From positions 92,132,001 to 92,196,000 of the forward strand of contig OZ024747.1 in assembly GCA_964016885.1 (NCBI GenBank): 64,000 nt of DNA, written 5' to 3'. Below the pieces are notes generated by a model. The model saw only the letters and a list, made by a program, of their open reading frames with translations, had not been told where the DNA came from and did not search any database. Shown in pieces: positions 29,201 to 43,300 of the stretch. The first letter of the stretch is position 1, and each line of letters starts with the position of its first letter. The stretch is from Eledone cirrhosa. Taxonomy: Eukaryota. A program made the translations under genes and the position numbers.

Positions 29201-32200
29201 ATATATAGTGTCACAGACGTGTCAGTGTTCACGTTCTACTTTATATGTATAGTGTCACAGACGTATAGTGTTCACGTCTACTTTATATGTATAGTGTCAC
29301 AGACGTGTCAGTGTTCACGTGTACTTTATATGTATAGTGTCACAGACGTGTCAGTGTTCACGTCTACTTTATATGTATAGTGTCACAGACGTGTCAGTGT
29401 TTCACGTCTACTTTATATGTATAGTGTCACAGACATGTCAGTGTTCACGTGTACTTTATATCTATAGTGTCACAGACGTGTCAGTGTTCACGTCTACTTT
29501 ATATGTATAGTGTCACAGACGTATAGTGTTCACGTCTACTTTATATGTATAGTGTCACAGACGTATAGTGTTCACGTCTACTTTATATGTATAGTGTCAC
29601 AGACGTGTCAGTGTTCACGTCTACTTTATATGTATAGTGTCACAGACGTGTCAGTGTTCACGTCTACTTTATATGTATAGTGTCACAGACGTGTCAGTGT
29701 TCACGTCTACTTTATATGTATAGTGTCACAGACGTGTCAGTGTTCACGTCTACTTTATATGTATAGTGTCACAGACGTGTCAGTGTTCACGTCTACTTTA
29801 TATGTATAGTGTCACAGACGTATAGTGTTCACGTCTACTTTATATGTATAGTGTCACAGACGTGTCAGTGTTCACGTGTACTTTATATGTATAGTGTCAC
29901 AGACATGTCAGTGTTCACGTCTACTTTATATGTATAGTGTCACAGACGTGTCAGTGTTCACGTCTACTTTATATGTATAGTGTCACAGACGTGTCAGTGT
30001 TCACGTGTACTTTATATGTATAGTGTCACAGACATGTCAGTGTTCACCTCTACTTTATATGTATAGTGTCACAGACGTGTCAGTGTTCACGTCTACTTTA
30101 TATATATAGTGTCACAGACGTGTCAGTGTTCACGTCTACTTTATATGTATAGTGTCACAGACATGTCAGTGTTCACGTGTACTTTATATGTATAGTGTCA
30201 CGGACATGTCAGTGTTCACGTCTACTTTATATGTATAGTGTCACAGACGTGTCAGTGTTCACGTGTACTTTATATGTATAGTGTCACAGACGTGTCAGTG
30301 TTCACGTCTACTTTATATGTATAGTGTCACAGACGTGTCAGTGTTCACGTCTACTTTATATGTATAGTGTCACAGACGTATAGTGTTCACGTCTACTTTA
30401 TATGTATAGTGTCACAGACGTGTCAGTGTTCACGTCTACTTTATATGTATAGTGTCACAGACGTATAGTGTTCGCGTCTACTTTATATGTATAGCGTCAC
30501 AGACGTGTCAGTGTTCACGTCTACTTTATTTGTATAGTGTCACAGACGTGTCAGTGTTCACGTCTACTTTATATGTATAGTGTAACAGACGTGTCAGTGT
30601 TCACGTCTACTTTATATGTATAGTGTCACAGACGTGTCAGTGTTCACGTCTACTTTATATGTATAGTGTCACAGACGTATAGTGTTCACGTCTACTTTAT
30701 ATGTATAGTGTCACAGACGTGTCAGTGTTCACGTCTACTTTATATGTATAGTGTCACAGACGTATAGTGTTCGCGTCTACTTTATATGTATAGTGTCACA
30801 GACGTGTCAGTGTTCACGTCTACTTTATTTGTATAGTGTCACAGACGTGTCAGTGTTCACGTCTACTTTATATGTATAGTGTCACAGACGTGTCAGTGTT
30901 CACGTGTACTTTATATGTATAGTGTCACAGACATGTCAGTGTTCACGTGTACTTTATATGTATAGTGTCACAGACATGTCAGTGTTCACGTCTACTTTAT
31001 ATGTATAGTGTCACAGACGTGTCAGTGTTCACGTCTACTTTATATGTATAGTGTCACAGACGTGTCAGTGTTCACGTGTACTTTATATGTATAGTGTCAC
31101 AGACGTGTCAGTGTTCACGTGTACTTTATATGTATAGTGTCACAGACGTATAGTGTTCACGTCTACTTTATGTTTATAGTGTCACAGACATGTCAGTGTT
31201 CACGTCTACTTTATATGTATAGTGTCACAGACGTGTCAGTGTTCACGTCTACTTTATATGTATAGTGTCACAGACATGTCAGTGTTCACGTCTACTTTAT
31301 ATGTATAGTGTCACAGAATTGTCAGTGTTCACGTCTACTTTATATGTATAGTGTCACAGACGTGTCAGTGTTCACGTCTACTTTATATGTATAGTGTCAC
31401 AGACGTGTCAGTGTTCACGTCTACTTTATATGTATAGTGTCACAGACGTGTCAGCGTTCACGTCTACTTTATATATATAGTGTCACAGAATTGTCAGTGT
31501 TCACGTCTACTTTATATGTATAGTGTCACAGACGTGTCAGCGTTCACGTCTACTTCATATATATAGTGTCACAGACGTGTCAGTGTTCACGTCTACTTTA
31601 TATGTATAGAGTCACAGACGTATAGTGTTCACGTGTACTTTATATGTATAGTGTCACAGACGTGTCAGTGTTCACGTCTACTTTATATGTATAGTGTCAC
31701 AGACGTGTCAGTGTTCACGTCTACTTTATATGTATAGTGTCACAGACGTATAGTGTTCACGTCTACTTCATATGTATAGTGTCACAGACGTGTCAGTGTT
31801 CACGTGTACTTTATATGTATAGTGTCACAGACGTGTCAGTGTTCACGTCTACTTTATATGTATAGTGTCGCGGAGGTGTCAGTGTTCACGTCTACTTTAT
31901 ATGTATAGTGTCACAGACGTATAGTGTTCACGTCTACTTTATATGTATATTGTCACAGACATATAGTGTTCACATCTACTTTATATGTATAGTGTCACAG
32001 ACGTGTCAGTGTTCACGTCTACTTTATATGTATAGTGTCACATACGTGTCAGCGTTCACGTCTACTTTATATGTATAGTGTCACAGACGTGTCAGTGTTC
32101 ACGTGTACTTTATATATATAGTGTCACAAACGTGTAGTGTTCACGTCTACTTTATATGCATAGTGTCACAGACGTGTAGTGTTCAGGTCTACTTTATATG

Positions 32201-35200
32201 TATAGTGTCACAGACGTGTCAGTGTTCACGTGTACTTTATATGTATAGTGTCACAGACGTGTCAGCGTTCACGTCTACTTTATATATATAGTGTCACAGA
32301 CGTGTCAGTGTTCACGTTCTACTTTATATGTATAGTGTCACAGACGTATAGTGTTCACGTCTACTTTATATGTATAGTGTCACAGACGTGTCAGTGTTCA
32401 CGTGTACTTTATATGTATAGTGTCACAGACGTGTCAGTGTTCACGTCTACTTTATATGTATAGTGTCACAGACGTGTCAGTGTTTCACGTCTACTTTATA
32501 TGTATAGTGTCACAGACATGTCAGTGTTCACGTGTACTTTATATCTATAGTGTCACAGACGTGTCAGTGTTCACGTCTACTTTATATGTATAGTGTCACA
32601 GACGTATAGTGTTCACGTCTACTTTATATGTATAGTGTCACAGACGTATAGTGTTCACGTCTACTTTATATATATAGTGTCACAGACGTGTCAGTATTCA
32701 CGTCTACTTTATATGTATAGTGTCACAGACGTATAGTGTTCACGTCTACTTTATATGTATAGTGTCACAGACATGTCAGTGTTCACGTCTACTTTATATG
32801 TATAGTGTCACAGACGTGTCAGTGTTCACGTCTACTTTATATGTATAGTGTCACAGACGTGTCAGTGTTCACGTGTACTTTATATGTATAGTGTCACAGA
32901 CATGTCAGTGTTCACCTCTACTTTATATGTATAGTGTCACAGACGTGTCAGTGTTCACGTCTACTTTATATATATAGTGTCACAGACGTGTCAGTGTTCA
33001 CGTCTACTTTATATGTATAGTGTCACAGACGTGTCAGTGTTCACGTGTACTTTATATGTATAGTGTCACGGACATGTCAGTGTTCACGTGTACTTTATAT
33101 GTATAGTGTCACAGACGTGTCAGTGTTCACGTGTACTTTATATGTATAGTGTCACGGACATGTCAGTGTTCACGTGTACTTTATATGTATAGTGTCACAG
33201 ACGTGTCAGTGTTCACGTGTACTTTATATGTATAGTGTCACAGACATGTCAGTGTTCACCTCTACTTTATATGTATAGTGTCACAGACGTGTCAGTGTTC
33301 ACGTCTACTTTATATATATAGTGTCACAGACGTGTCAGTGTTCACGTCTACTTTATATGTATAGTGTCACAGACATGTCAGTGTTCACGTGTACTTTATA
33401 TGTATAGTGTCACGGACATGTCAGTGTTCACGTCTACTTTATATGTATAGTGTCACAGACGTGTCAGTGTTCACGTGTACTTTATATGTATAGTGTCACA
33501 GACGTGTCAGTGTTCACGTCTACTTTATATGTATAGTGTCACAGACGTGTCAGTGTTCACGTCTACTTTATATGTATAGTGTCACAGACGTATAGTGTTC
33601 ACGTCTACTTTATATGTATAGTGTCACAGACGTGTCAGTGTTCACGTCTACTTTATATGTATAGTGTCACAGACGTATAGTGTTCGCGTCTACTTTATAT
33701 GTATAGTGTCACAGACGTGTCAGTGTTCACGTCTACTTTATTTGTATAGTGTCACAGACGTGTCAGTGTTCACGTCTACTTTATATGTATAGTGTAACAG
33801 ACGTGTCAGTGTTCACGTCTACTTTATATGTATAGTGTCACAGACGTGTCAGTGTTCACGTCTACTTTATATGTATAGTGTCACAGACGTATAGTGTTCA
33901 CGTCTACTTTATATGTATAGTGTCACAGACGTGTCAGTGTTCACGTCTACTTTATATGTATAGTGTCACAGACGTATAGTGTTCGCGTCTACTTTATATG
34001 TATAGTGTCACAGACGTGTCAGTGTTCACGTCTACTTTATTTGTATAGTGTCACAGACGTGTCAGTGTTCACGTCTACTTTATATGTATAGTGTCACAGA
34101 CGTGTCAGTGTTCACGTGTACTTTATATGTATAGTGTCACAGACATGTCAGTGTTCACGTGTACTTTATATGTATAGTGTCACGGACATGTCAGTGTTCA
34201 CGTCTACTTTATATGTATAGTGTCACAGACGTGTCAGTGTTCACGTCTACTTTATATGTATAGTGTCACAGACGTGTCAGTGTTCACGTGTACTTTATAT
34301 GTATAGTGTCACAGACGTGTCAGTGTTCACGTGTACTTTATATGTATAGTGTCACAGACGTATAGTGTTCACGTCTACTTTATGTTTATAGTGTCACAGA
34401 CATGTCAGTGTTCACGTCTACTTTATATGTATAGTGTCACAGACGTGTCAGTGTTCACGTCTACTTTATATGTATAGTGTCACAGACATGTCAGTGTTCA
34501 CGTCTACTTTATATGTATAGTGTCACAGAATTGTCAGTGTTCACGTCTACTTTATATGTATAGTGTCACAGACGTGTCAGTGTTCACGTCTACTTTATAT
34601 GTATAGTGTCACAGACGTGTCAGTGTTCACGTCTACTTTATATGTATAGTGTCACAGACGTGTCAGCGTTCACGTCTACTTTATATATATAGTGTCACAG
34701 AATTGTCAGTGTTCACGTCTACTTTATATGTATAGTGTCACAGACGTGTCAGCGTTCACGTCTACTTCATATATATAGTGTCACAGACGTGTCAGTGTTC
34801 ACGTCTACTTTATATGTATAGAGTCACAGACGTATAGTGTTCACGTGTACTTTATATGTATAGTGTCACAGACGTGTCAGTGTTCACGTCTACTTTATAT
34901 GTATAGTGTCACAGACGTGTCAGTGTTCACGTCTACTTTATATGTATAGTGTCACAGACGTATAGTGTTCACGTCTACTTCATATGTATAGTGTCACAGA
35001 CGTGTCAGTGTTCACGTGTACTTTATATGTATAGTGTCACAGACGTGTCAGTGTTCACGTCTACTTTATATGTATAGTGTCGCGGAGGTGTCAGTGTTCA
35101 CGTCTACTTTATATGTATAGTGTCACAGACGTATAGTGTTCACGTCTACTTTATATGTATATTGTCACAGACATATAGTGTTCACATCTACTTTATATGT

Positions 35201-35470
35201 ATAGTGTCACAGACGTGTCAGTGTTCACGTCTACTTTATATGTATAGTGTCACATACGTGTCAGCGTTCACGTCTACTTTATATGTATAGTGTCACAGAC
35301 GTGTCAGTGTTCACGTGTACTTTATATATATAGTGTCACAAACGTGTAGTGTTCACGTCTACTTTATATGCATAGTGTCACAGACGTGTAGTGTTCAGGT
35401 CTACTTTATATGTATAGTGTCACAGACGTGTCAGTGTTCACGTGTACTTTATATGTATAGTGTCACAGAC
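14293..35470. repeat. 10,576-bp higher-order tandem duplication within the satellite
   Basis: Variant-marker ORFs at 18444/29020, 21527/32103 and 24739/35315, and the tatcta marker at 14346/24922, are all offset by exactly 10,576. Confidence 0.9.
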
Positions 35471-37375
35471 GTGTCAGCGTTCACGTCTACTTTATATATA
35501 TAGTGTCACAGACGTGTCAGTGTTCACGTTCTACTTTATATGTATAGTGTCACAGACGTATAGTGTTCACGTCTACTTTATATGTATAGTGTCACAGACG
35601 TGTCAGTGTTCACGTGTACTTTATATGTATAGTGTCACAGACGTGTCAGTGTTCACGTCTACTTTATATGTATAGTGTCACAGACGTGTCAGTGTTCACG
35701 TCTACTTTATATGTATAGTGTCACAGACATGTCAGTGTTCACGTGTACTTTATATCTATAGTGTCACAGACGTGTCAGTGTTCACGTCTACTTTATATGT
35801 ATAGTGTCACAGACGTATAGTGTTCACGTCTACTTTATATCTATAGTGTCACAGACGTATAGTGTTCACGTCTACTTTATATATATAGTGTCACAGACGT
35901 GTCAGTATTCACGTCTACTTTATATGTATAGTGTCACAGACGTATAGTGTTCACGTCTACTTTATATGTATAGTGTCACAGACATGTCAGTGTTCACGTC
36001 TACTTTATATGTATAGTGTCACAGACGTGTCAGTGTTCACGTCTACTTTATATGTATAGTGTCACAGACGTGTCAGTGTTCACGTGTACTTTATATGTAT
36101 AGTGTCACAGACATGTCAGTGTTCACCTCTACTTTATATGTATAGTGTCACAGACGTGTCAGTGTTCACGTCTACTTTATATATATAGTGTCACAGACGT
36201 GTCAGTGTTCACGTCTACTTTATATGTATAGTGTCACAGACGTGTCAGTGTTCACGTGTACTTTATATGTATAGTGTCACGGACATGTCAGTGTTCACGT
36301 GTACTTTATATGTATAGTGTCACAGACGTGTCAGTGTTCACGTGTACTTTATATGTATAGTGTCACAGACGTATAGTGTTCACGTCTACTTTATGTTTAT
36401 AGTGTCACAGACATGTCAGTGTTCACGTCTACTTTATATGTATAGTGTCACAGACGTGTCAGTGTTCACGTCTACTTTATATGTATAGTGTCACAGACGT
36501 GTCAGTGTTCACGTCTACTTTATATGTATAGTGTCACAGACGTGTCAGTGTTCACGTCTACTTTATATGTATAGTGTCACAGACGTATAGTGTTCACGTC
36601 TACTTTATATGTATAGTGTCACAGACGTGTCAGTGTTCACGTCTACTTTATATGTATAGTGTCACAGACGTATAGTGTTCGCGTCTACTTTATATGTATA
36701 GTGTCACAGACGTGTCAGTGTTCACGTCTACTTTATTTGTATAGTGTCACAGACGTGTCAGTGTTCACGTGTACTTTATATGTATAGTGTCACAGACATG
36801 TCAGTGTTCATGTCTACTTTATATGTATAGTGTCACAGACGTGTCAGTGTTCACGTCTACTTTATATGTATAGTGTCACAGACGTGGTAGTGTTCACGTG
36901 TACTTTATATGTATAGTGTCACAGACATGTCAGTGTTCACGTCTACTTTATATGTATAGTGTCACAGAATTGTCAGTGTTCACGTCTACTTTATATGTAT
37001 AGTGTCACAGACGTGTCAGTGTTCACGTCTACTTTATATGTATAGTGTCACAGACGTGTCAGTGTTCACGTCTACTTTATATGTATAGTGTCACAGACGT
37101 GTCAGCGTTCACGTCTACTTTATATATATAGTGTCACAGAATTGTCAGTGTTCACGTCTACTTTATATGTATAGTGTCACAGACGTGTCAGCGTTCACGT
37201 CTACTTCATATATATAGTGTCACAGACGTGTCAGTGTTCACGTCTACTTTATATGTATAGAGTCACAGACGTATAGTGTTCACGTGTACTTTATATGTAT
37301 AGTGTCACAGACGTGTCAGTGTTCACGTCTACTTTATATGTATAGTGTCACAGACGTGTCAGTGTTCACGTCTAC

Positions 37376-40300
37376 TTTATATGTATAGTGTCACAGACGT
37401 GTCAGTGTTCACGTCTACTTTATATGTATAGTGTCACAGACGTGTCAGTGTTCACGTCTACTTTATATGTATAGTGTCACAGACGTGTCAGTGTTCACGT
37501 CTACTTTATATGTATAGTGTCACAGACGTGTCAGTGTTCACGTCTACTTTATATGTATAGTGTCACAGACGTATAGTGTTCACGTCTACTTTATATGTAT
37601 AGTGTCACAGACGTGTCAGTGTTCACGTGTACTTTATATGTATAGTGTCACAGACATGTCAGTGTTCACGTCTACTTTATATGTATAGTGTCACAGACGT
37701 GTCAGTGTTCACGTCTACTTTATATGTATAGTGTCACAGACGTGTCAGTGTTCACGTGTACTTTATATGTATAGTGTCACAGACATGTCAGTGTTCACCT
37801 CTACTTTATATGTATAGTGTCACAGACGTGTCAGTGTTCACGTCTACTTTATATATATAGTGTCACAGACGTGTCAGTGTTCACGTCTACTTTATATGTA
37901 TAGTGTCACAGACATGTCAGTGTTCACGTGTACTTTATATGTATAGTGTCACGGACATGTCAGTGTTCACGTCTACTTTATATGTATAGTGTCACAGACG
38001 TGTCAGTGTTCACGTGTACTTTATATGTATAGTGTCACAGACGTATAGTGTTCACGTCTACTTTATGTTTATAGTGTCACAGACATGTCAGTGTTCACGT
38101 CTACTTTATATGTATAGTGTCACAGACGTGTCAGTGTTCACGTCTACTTTATATGTATAGTGTCACAGACGTGTCAGTGTTCACGTCTACTTTATATGTA
38201 TAGTGTCACAGACGTGTCAGTGTTCACGTCTACTTTATATGTATAGTGTCACAGACGTATAGTGTTCACGTCTACTTTATATGTATAGTGTCACAGACGT
38301 GTCAGTGTTCACGTCTACTTTATATGTATAGTGTCACAGACGTATAGTGTTCGCGTCTACTTTATATGTATAGTGTCACAGACGTGTCAGTGTTCACGTC
38401 TACTTTATTTGTATAGTGTCACAGACGTGTCAGTGTTCACGTCTACTTTATATGTATAGTGTCACAGACGTGTCAGTGTTCACGTGTACTTTATATGTAT
38501 AGTGTCACAGACATGTCAGTGTTCACGTGTACTTTATATGTATAGTGTCACAGACATGTCAGTGTTCACGTCTACTTTATATGTATAGTGTCACAGACGT
38601 GTCAGTGTTCACGTCTACTTTATATGTATAGTGTCACAGACGTGTCAGTGTTCACGTGTACTTTATATGTATAGTGTCACAGACATGTCAGTGTTCACGT
38701 CTACTTTATATGTATAGTGTCACAGAATTGTCAGTGTTCACATCTACTTTATATGTATAGTGTCACAGACGTGTCAGTGTTCACGTCTACTTTATATGTA
38801 TAGTGTCACAGACGTGTCAGTGTTCACGTCTACTTTATATGTATAGTGTCACAGACGTGTCAGCGTTCACGTCTACTTTATATATATAGTGTCACAGAAT
38901 TGTCAGTGTTCACGTCTACTTTATATGTATAGTGTCACAGACGTGTCAGTGTTCAGGTCTACTTTATATATATAGTGTCACAGACGTGTCAGTGTTCACG
39001 TCTACTTTATATGTATAGTGTCACAGACATGTCAGTGTTCACGTGTACTTTATATGTATAGTGTCACGGACATGTCAGTGTTCACGTCTACTTTATATGT
39101 ATAGTGTCACAGACGTGTCAGTGTTCACGTCTACTTTATATGTATAGTGTCTAGACGTATAGTGTTCACGTCTACTTTATATGTATAGTGTCACAGACGT
39201 GTCAGCGTTCACGTGTACTTTATATGTATAGTGTCACAGACGTGTCAGTGTTCACGTCTACTTTATATGTATAGTGTCGCGGACGTGTCAGTGTTCACGT
39301 CTACTTTATATTATAGTGTCACAGACGTATAGTGTTCACGTCTACTTTATATGTATATTGTCACAGACATATAGTGTTCACATCTACTTTATATGTATAG
39401 TGTCACAGACGTGTCAGTGTTCACGTCTACTTTATATGTATAGTGTCACATACGTGTCAGCGTTCACGTCTACTTTATATGTATAGTGTCACAGACGTGT
39501 CAGTGTTCACGTGTACTTTATATATATAGTGTCACAAACGTGTAGTGTTCACGTCTACTTTATATGCATAGTGTCACAGACGTGTAGTGTTCAGGTCTAC
39601 TTTATATGTATAGTGTCACAGACGTGTCAGTGTTCACGTGTACTTTATATGTATAGTGTCACAGACGTGTCAGCGTTCACGTCTACTTTATATATATAGT
39701 GTCACAGACGTGTCAGTGTTCACGTTCTACTTTATATGTATAGTGTCACAGACGTATAGTGTCACAGACGTATAGTGTTCACGTCTACTTTATATGTATA
39801 GTGTCACAGACGTGTCAGTGTTCACGTGTACTTTATATGTATAGTGTCACAGACGTGTCAGTGTTCACGTCTACTTTATATGTATAGTGTCACAGACGTG
39901 TCAGTGTTCACGTCTACTTTATATGTATAGTGTCACAGACATGTGAGTGTTCACGTGTACTTTATATCTGTAGTGTCACAGACGTGTCAGTGTTCACGTC
40001 TACTTTATATGTATAGTGTCACAGACGTGTCAGTGTTCACGTCTACTTTATATGTATAGTGTCACAGACATGTCAGTGTTCACGTGTACTTTATATCTAT
40101 AGTGTCACAGACGTATCAGTGTTCACGTCTACTTTATATCTATAGTGTCACAGACGTGTCAGTGTTCACGTGTACTTTATATGTATAGTGTCACAGACGT
40201 ATAGTGTTCACGTCTACTTTATATATATAGTGTCACAGACGTGTCAGTGTTCACGTCTACTTTATATGTATAGTGTCACAGACGTATAGTGTTCACGTCT

Positions 40301-43300
40301 ACTTTATATGTATAGTGTCACAGACATGTCAGTGTTCACGTCTACTTTATATGTATAGTGTCACAGACGTGTCAGTGTTCACGTCTACTTTATATGTATA
40401 GTGTCACAGACGTGTCAGTGTTCACGTGTACTTTATATGTATAGTGTCACAGACATGTCAGTGTTCACCTCTACTTTATATGTATAGTGTCACAGACGTG
40501 TCAGTGTTCACGTCTACTTTATATATATAGTGTCACAGACGTGTCAGTGTTCACGTCTACTTTATATGTATAGTGTCACAGACGTGTCAGTGTTCACGTG
40601 TACTTTATATGTATAGTGTCACGGACATGTCAGTGTTCACGTCTACTTTATATGTATAGTGTCACAGACGTGTCAGTGTTCACGTGTACTTTATATGTAT
40701 AGTGTCACAGACGTATAGTGTTCACGTCTACTTTATGTTTATAGTGTCACAGACATGTCAGTGTTCACGTCTACTTTATATGTATAGTGTCACAGACGTG
40801 TTAGTGTTCACGTCTACTTTATATGTATAGTGTCACAGACGTGTCAGTGTTCACGTCTACTTTATATGTATAGTGTCACAGACGTGTCAGTGTTCACGTC
40901 TACTTTATATGTATAGTGTCACAGACGTATAGTGTTCGCGTCTACTTTATATGTATAGTGTCACAGACGTGTCAGTGTTCACGTCTACTTTATTTGTATA
41001 GTGTCACAGACGTGTCAGTGTTCACGTGTACTTTATATATATAGTGTCACAGACATGTCAGTGTTCACGTCTACTTTATATGTATAGTGTCACAGACGTG
41101 TCAGTGTTCGCGTGTACTTTATATGTATAGTGTCACAGACATGTCAGTGTTCACGTCTACTTTATATGTATAGTGTCACAGACGTATAGTGTTCACGTCT
41201 ACTTTATATGTATAGTGTCACAGACGTGTCAGTGTTCACGTGTACATTATATGTATAGTGTCACAGACGTGTCAGTGTTCACATCTACTTTATATGTATA
41301 GTGTCACAGACGTGTCAGTGTTCACATCTACTTTATATGTATAGTGTCACAGACGTGTAGTGTTCACGTCTACTTTATATGTATAGTGTCACAGACGTAT
41401 AGTGTTCACGTCTACTTTATATGTATAGTGTCACAGACGTGTCAGTGTTCACATCTACTTTATATATATAGTGTCACAGACGTGTCAGTGTTCACTTCTA
41501 CTTTATATGTATAGTGTCACAGACGTGTCAGTGTTCACGTCTACTTTATATGTATAGTGTCACAGACGTGTCAGTGTTCACATCTACTTTATATATATAG
41601 TGTCACAGACGTATAGTGTTCACGTCTACTTTATATGTATAGTGTCACAGACGTGTCAGTGTTCACGTCTACTTTATATGTATAGTGTCACAGACGTGTC
41701 AGTGTTCACGTCTACTTTATATGTATAGTGTCACAGACGTGTCAGTGTTCACGTCTACTTTATATGTATAGTGTCACAGACGTGTCAGTGTTCACATCTA
41801 CTTTATATGTATAGTGTCACAGACGTGTCAGTGTTCACGTCTACTTTATATGTATAGTGTCACAGACGTGTCAGTGTTCACGTCTACTTTATATGTATAG
41901 TGTCACAGACGTGTCAGTGTTCACGTGTACTTTATATGTATAGTGTCACAGACGTGTCAGTGTTCACGTCTACTTTATATGTATAGCGTCACAGACGTGT
42001 AGTGTTCACGTCTACTTTATATGTATAGTGTCACAGACGTGTCAGTGTTCACGTCTACTTTATATGTATAGTGTCACAGACGTGTCAGTGTTCACGTTCT
42101 ACTTTATATGTATAGTGTCACAGACGTGTCAGTGTTCACATCTTCTTTATATGTATAGCGTCACAGACGTGTCAGTGTTCACGTCTGCTTTATATGTATA
42201 GTGTCACAGACGTGTCAGTGTTCACATCTACTTTATATGTATAGCGTCACAGACATGTCAGTGTTCACATCTACTTTATATGTATAGTGTCACAGACGTG
42301 TCAGTGTTCACATCTTCTTTATATGTATAGTGTCACAGACGTGTCAGTGTTCACGTCTACTTTATATGTATAGTGTCACAGACGTGTCAGTGTTCACGTC
42401 TACTTTATATGTATAGTGTCACAGACGTGTCAGTGTTCACGTCTACTTTATATGTATAGTGTCACAGACGTGTCAGTGTTCACGTCTACTTTATATGTAT
42501 AGTGTCACAGACGTATAGTGTTCACGTCTACTTTATATGTATAGTGTCACAGACGTGTCAGTGTTCACGTGTACTTTATATGTATAGTGTCACAGACATG
42601 TCAGTGTTCACGTCTACTTTATATGTATAGTGTCACAGACGTGTCAGTGTTCACGTCTACTTTATATGTATAGTGTCACAGACGTGTCAGTGTTCACGTG
42701 TACTTTATATGTATAGTGTCACAGACATGTCAGTGTTCACCTCTACTTTATATGTATAGTGTCACAGACGTGTCAGTGTTCACGTCTACTTTATATATAT
42801 AGTGTCACAGACGTGTCAGTGTTCACGTCTACTTTATATGTATAGTGTCACAGACATGTCAGTGTTCACGTGTACTTTATATGTATAGTGTCACGGACAT
42901 GTCAGTGTTCACGTCTACTTTATATGTATAGTGTCACAGACGTGTCAGTGTTCACGTGTACTTTATATGTATAGTGTCACAGACGTATAGTGTTCACGTC
43001 TACTTTATGTTTATAGTGTCACAGACATGTCAGTGTTCACGTCTACTTTATATGTATAGTGTCACAGACGTGTCAGTGTTCACGTCTACTTTATATGTAT
43101 AGTGTCACAGACGTGTCAGTGTTCACGTCTACTTTATATGTATAGTGTCACAGACGTGTCAGTGTTCACGTCTACTTTATATGTATAGTGTCACAGACGT
43201 ATAGTGTTCACGTCTACTTTATATGTATAGTGTCACAGACGTGTCAGTGTTCACGTCTACTTTATATGTATAGTGTCACAGACGTATAGTGTTCGCGTCT

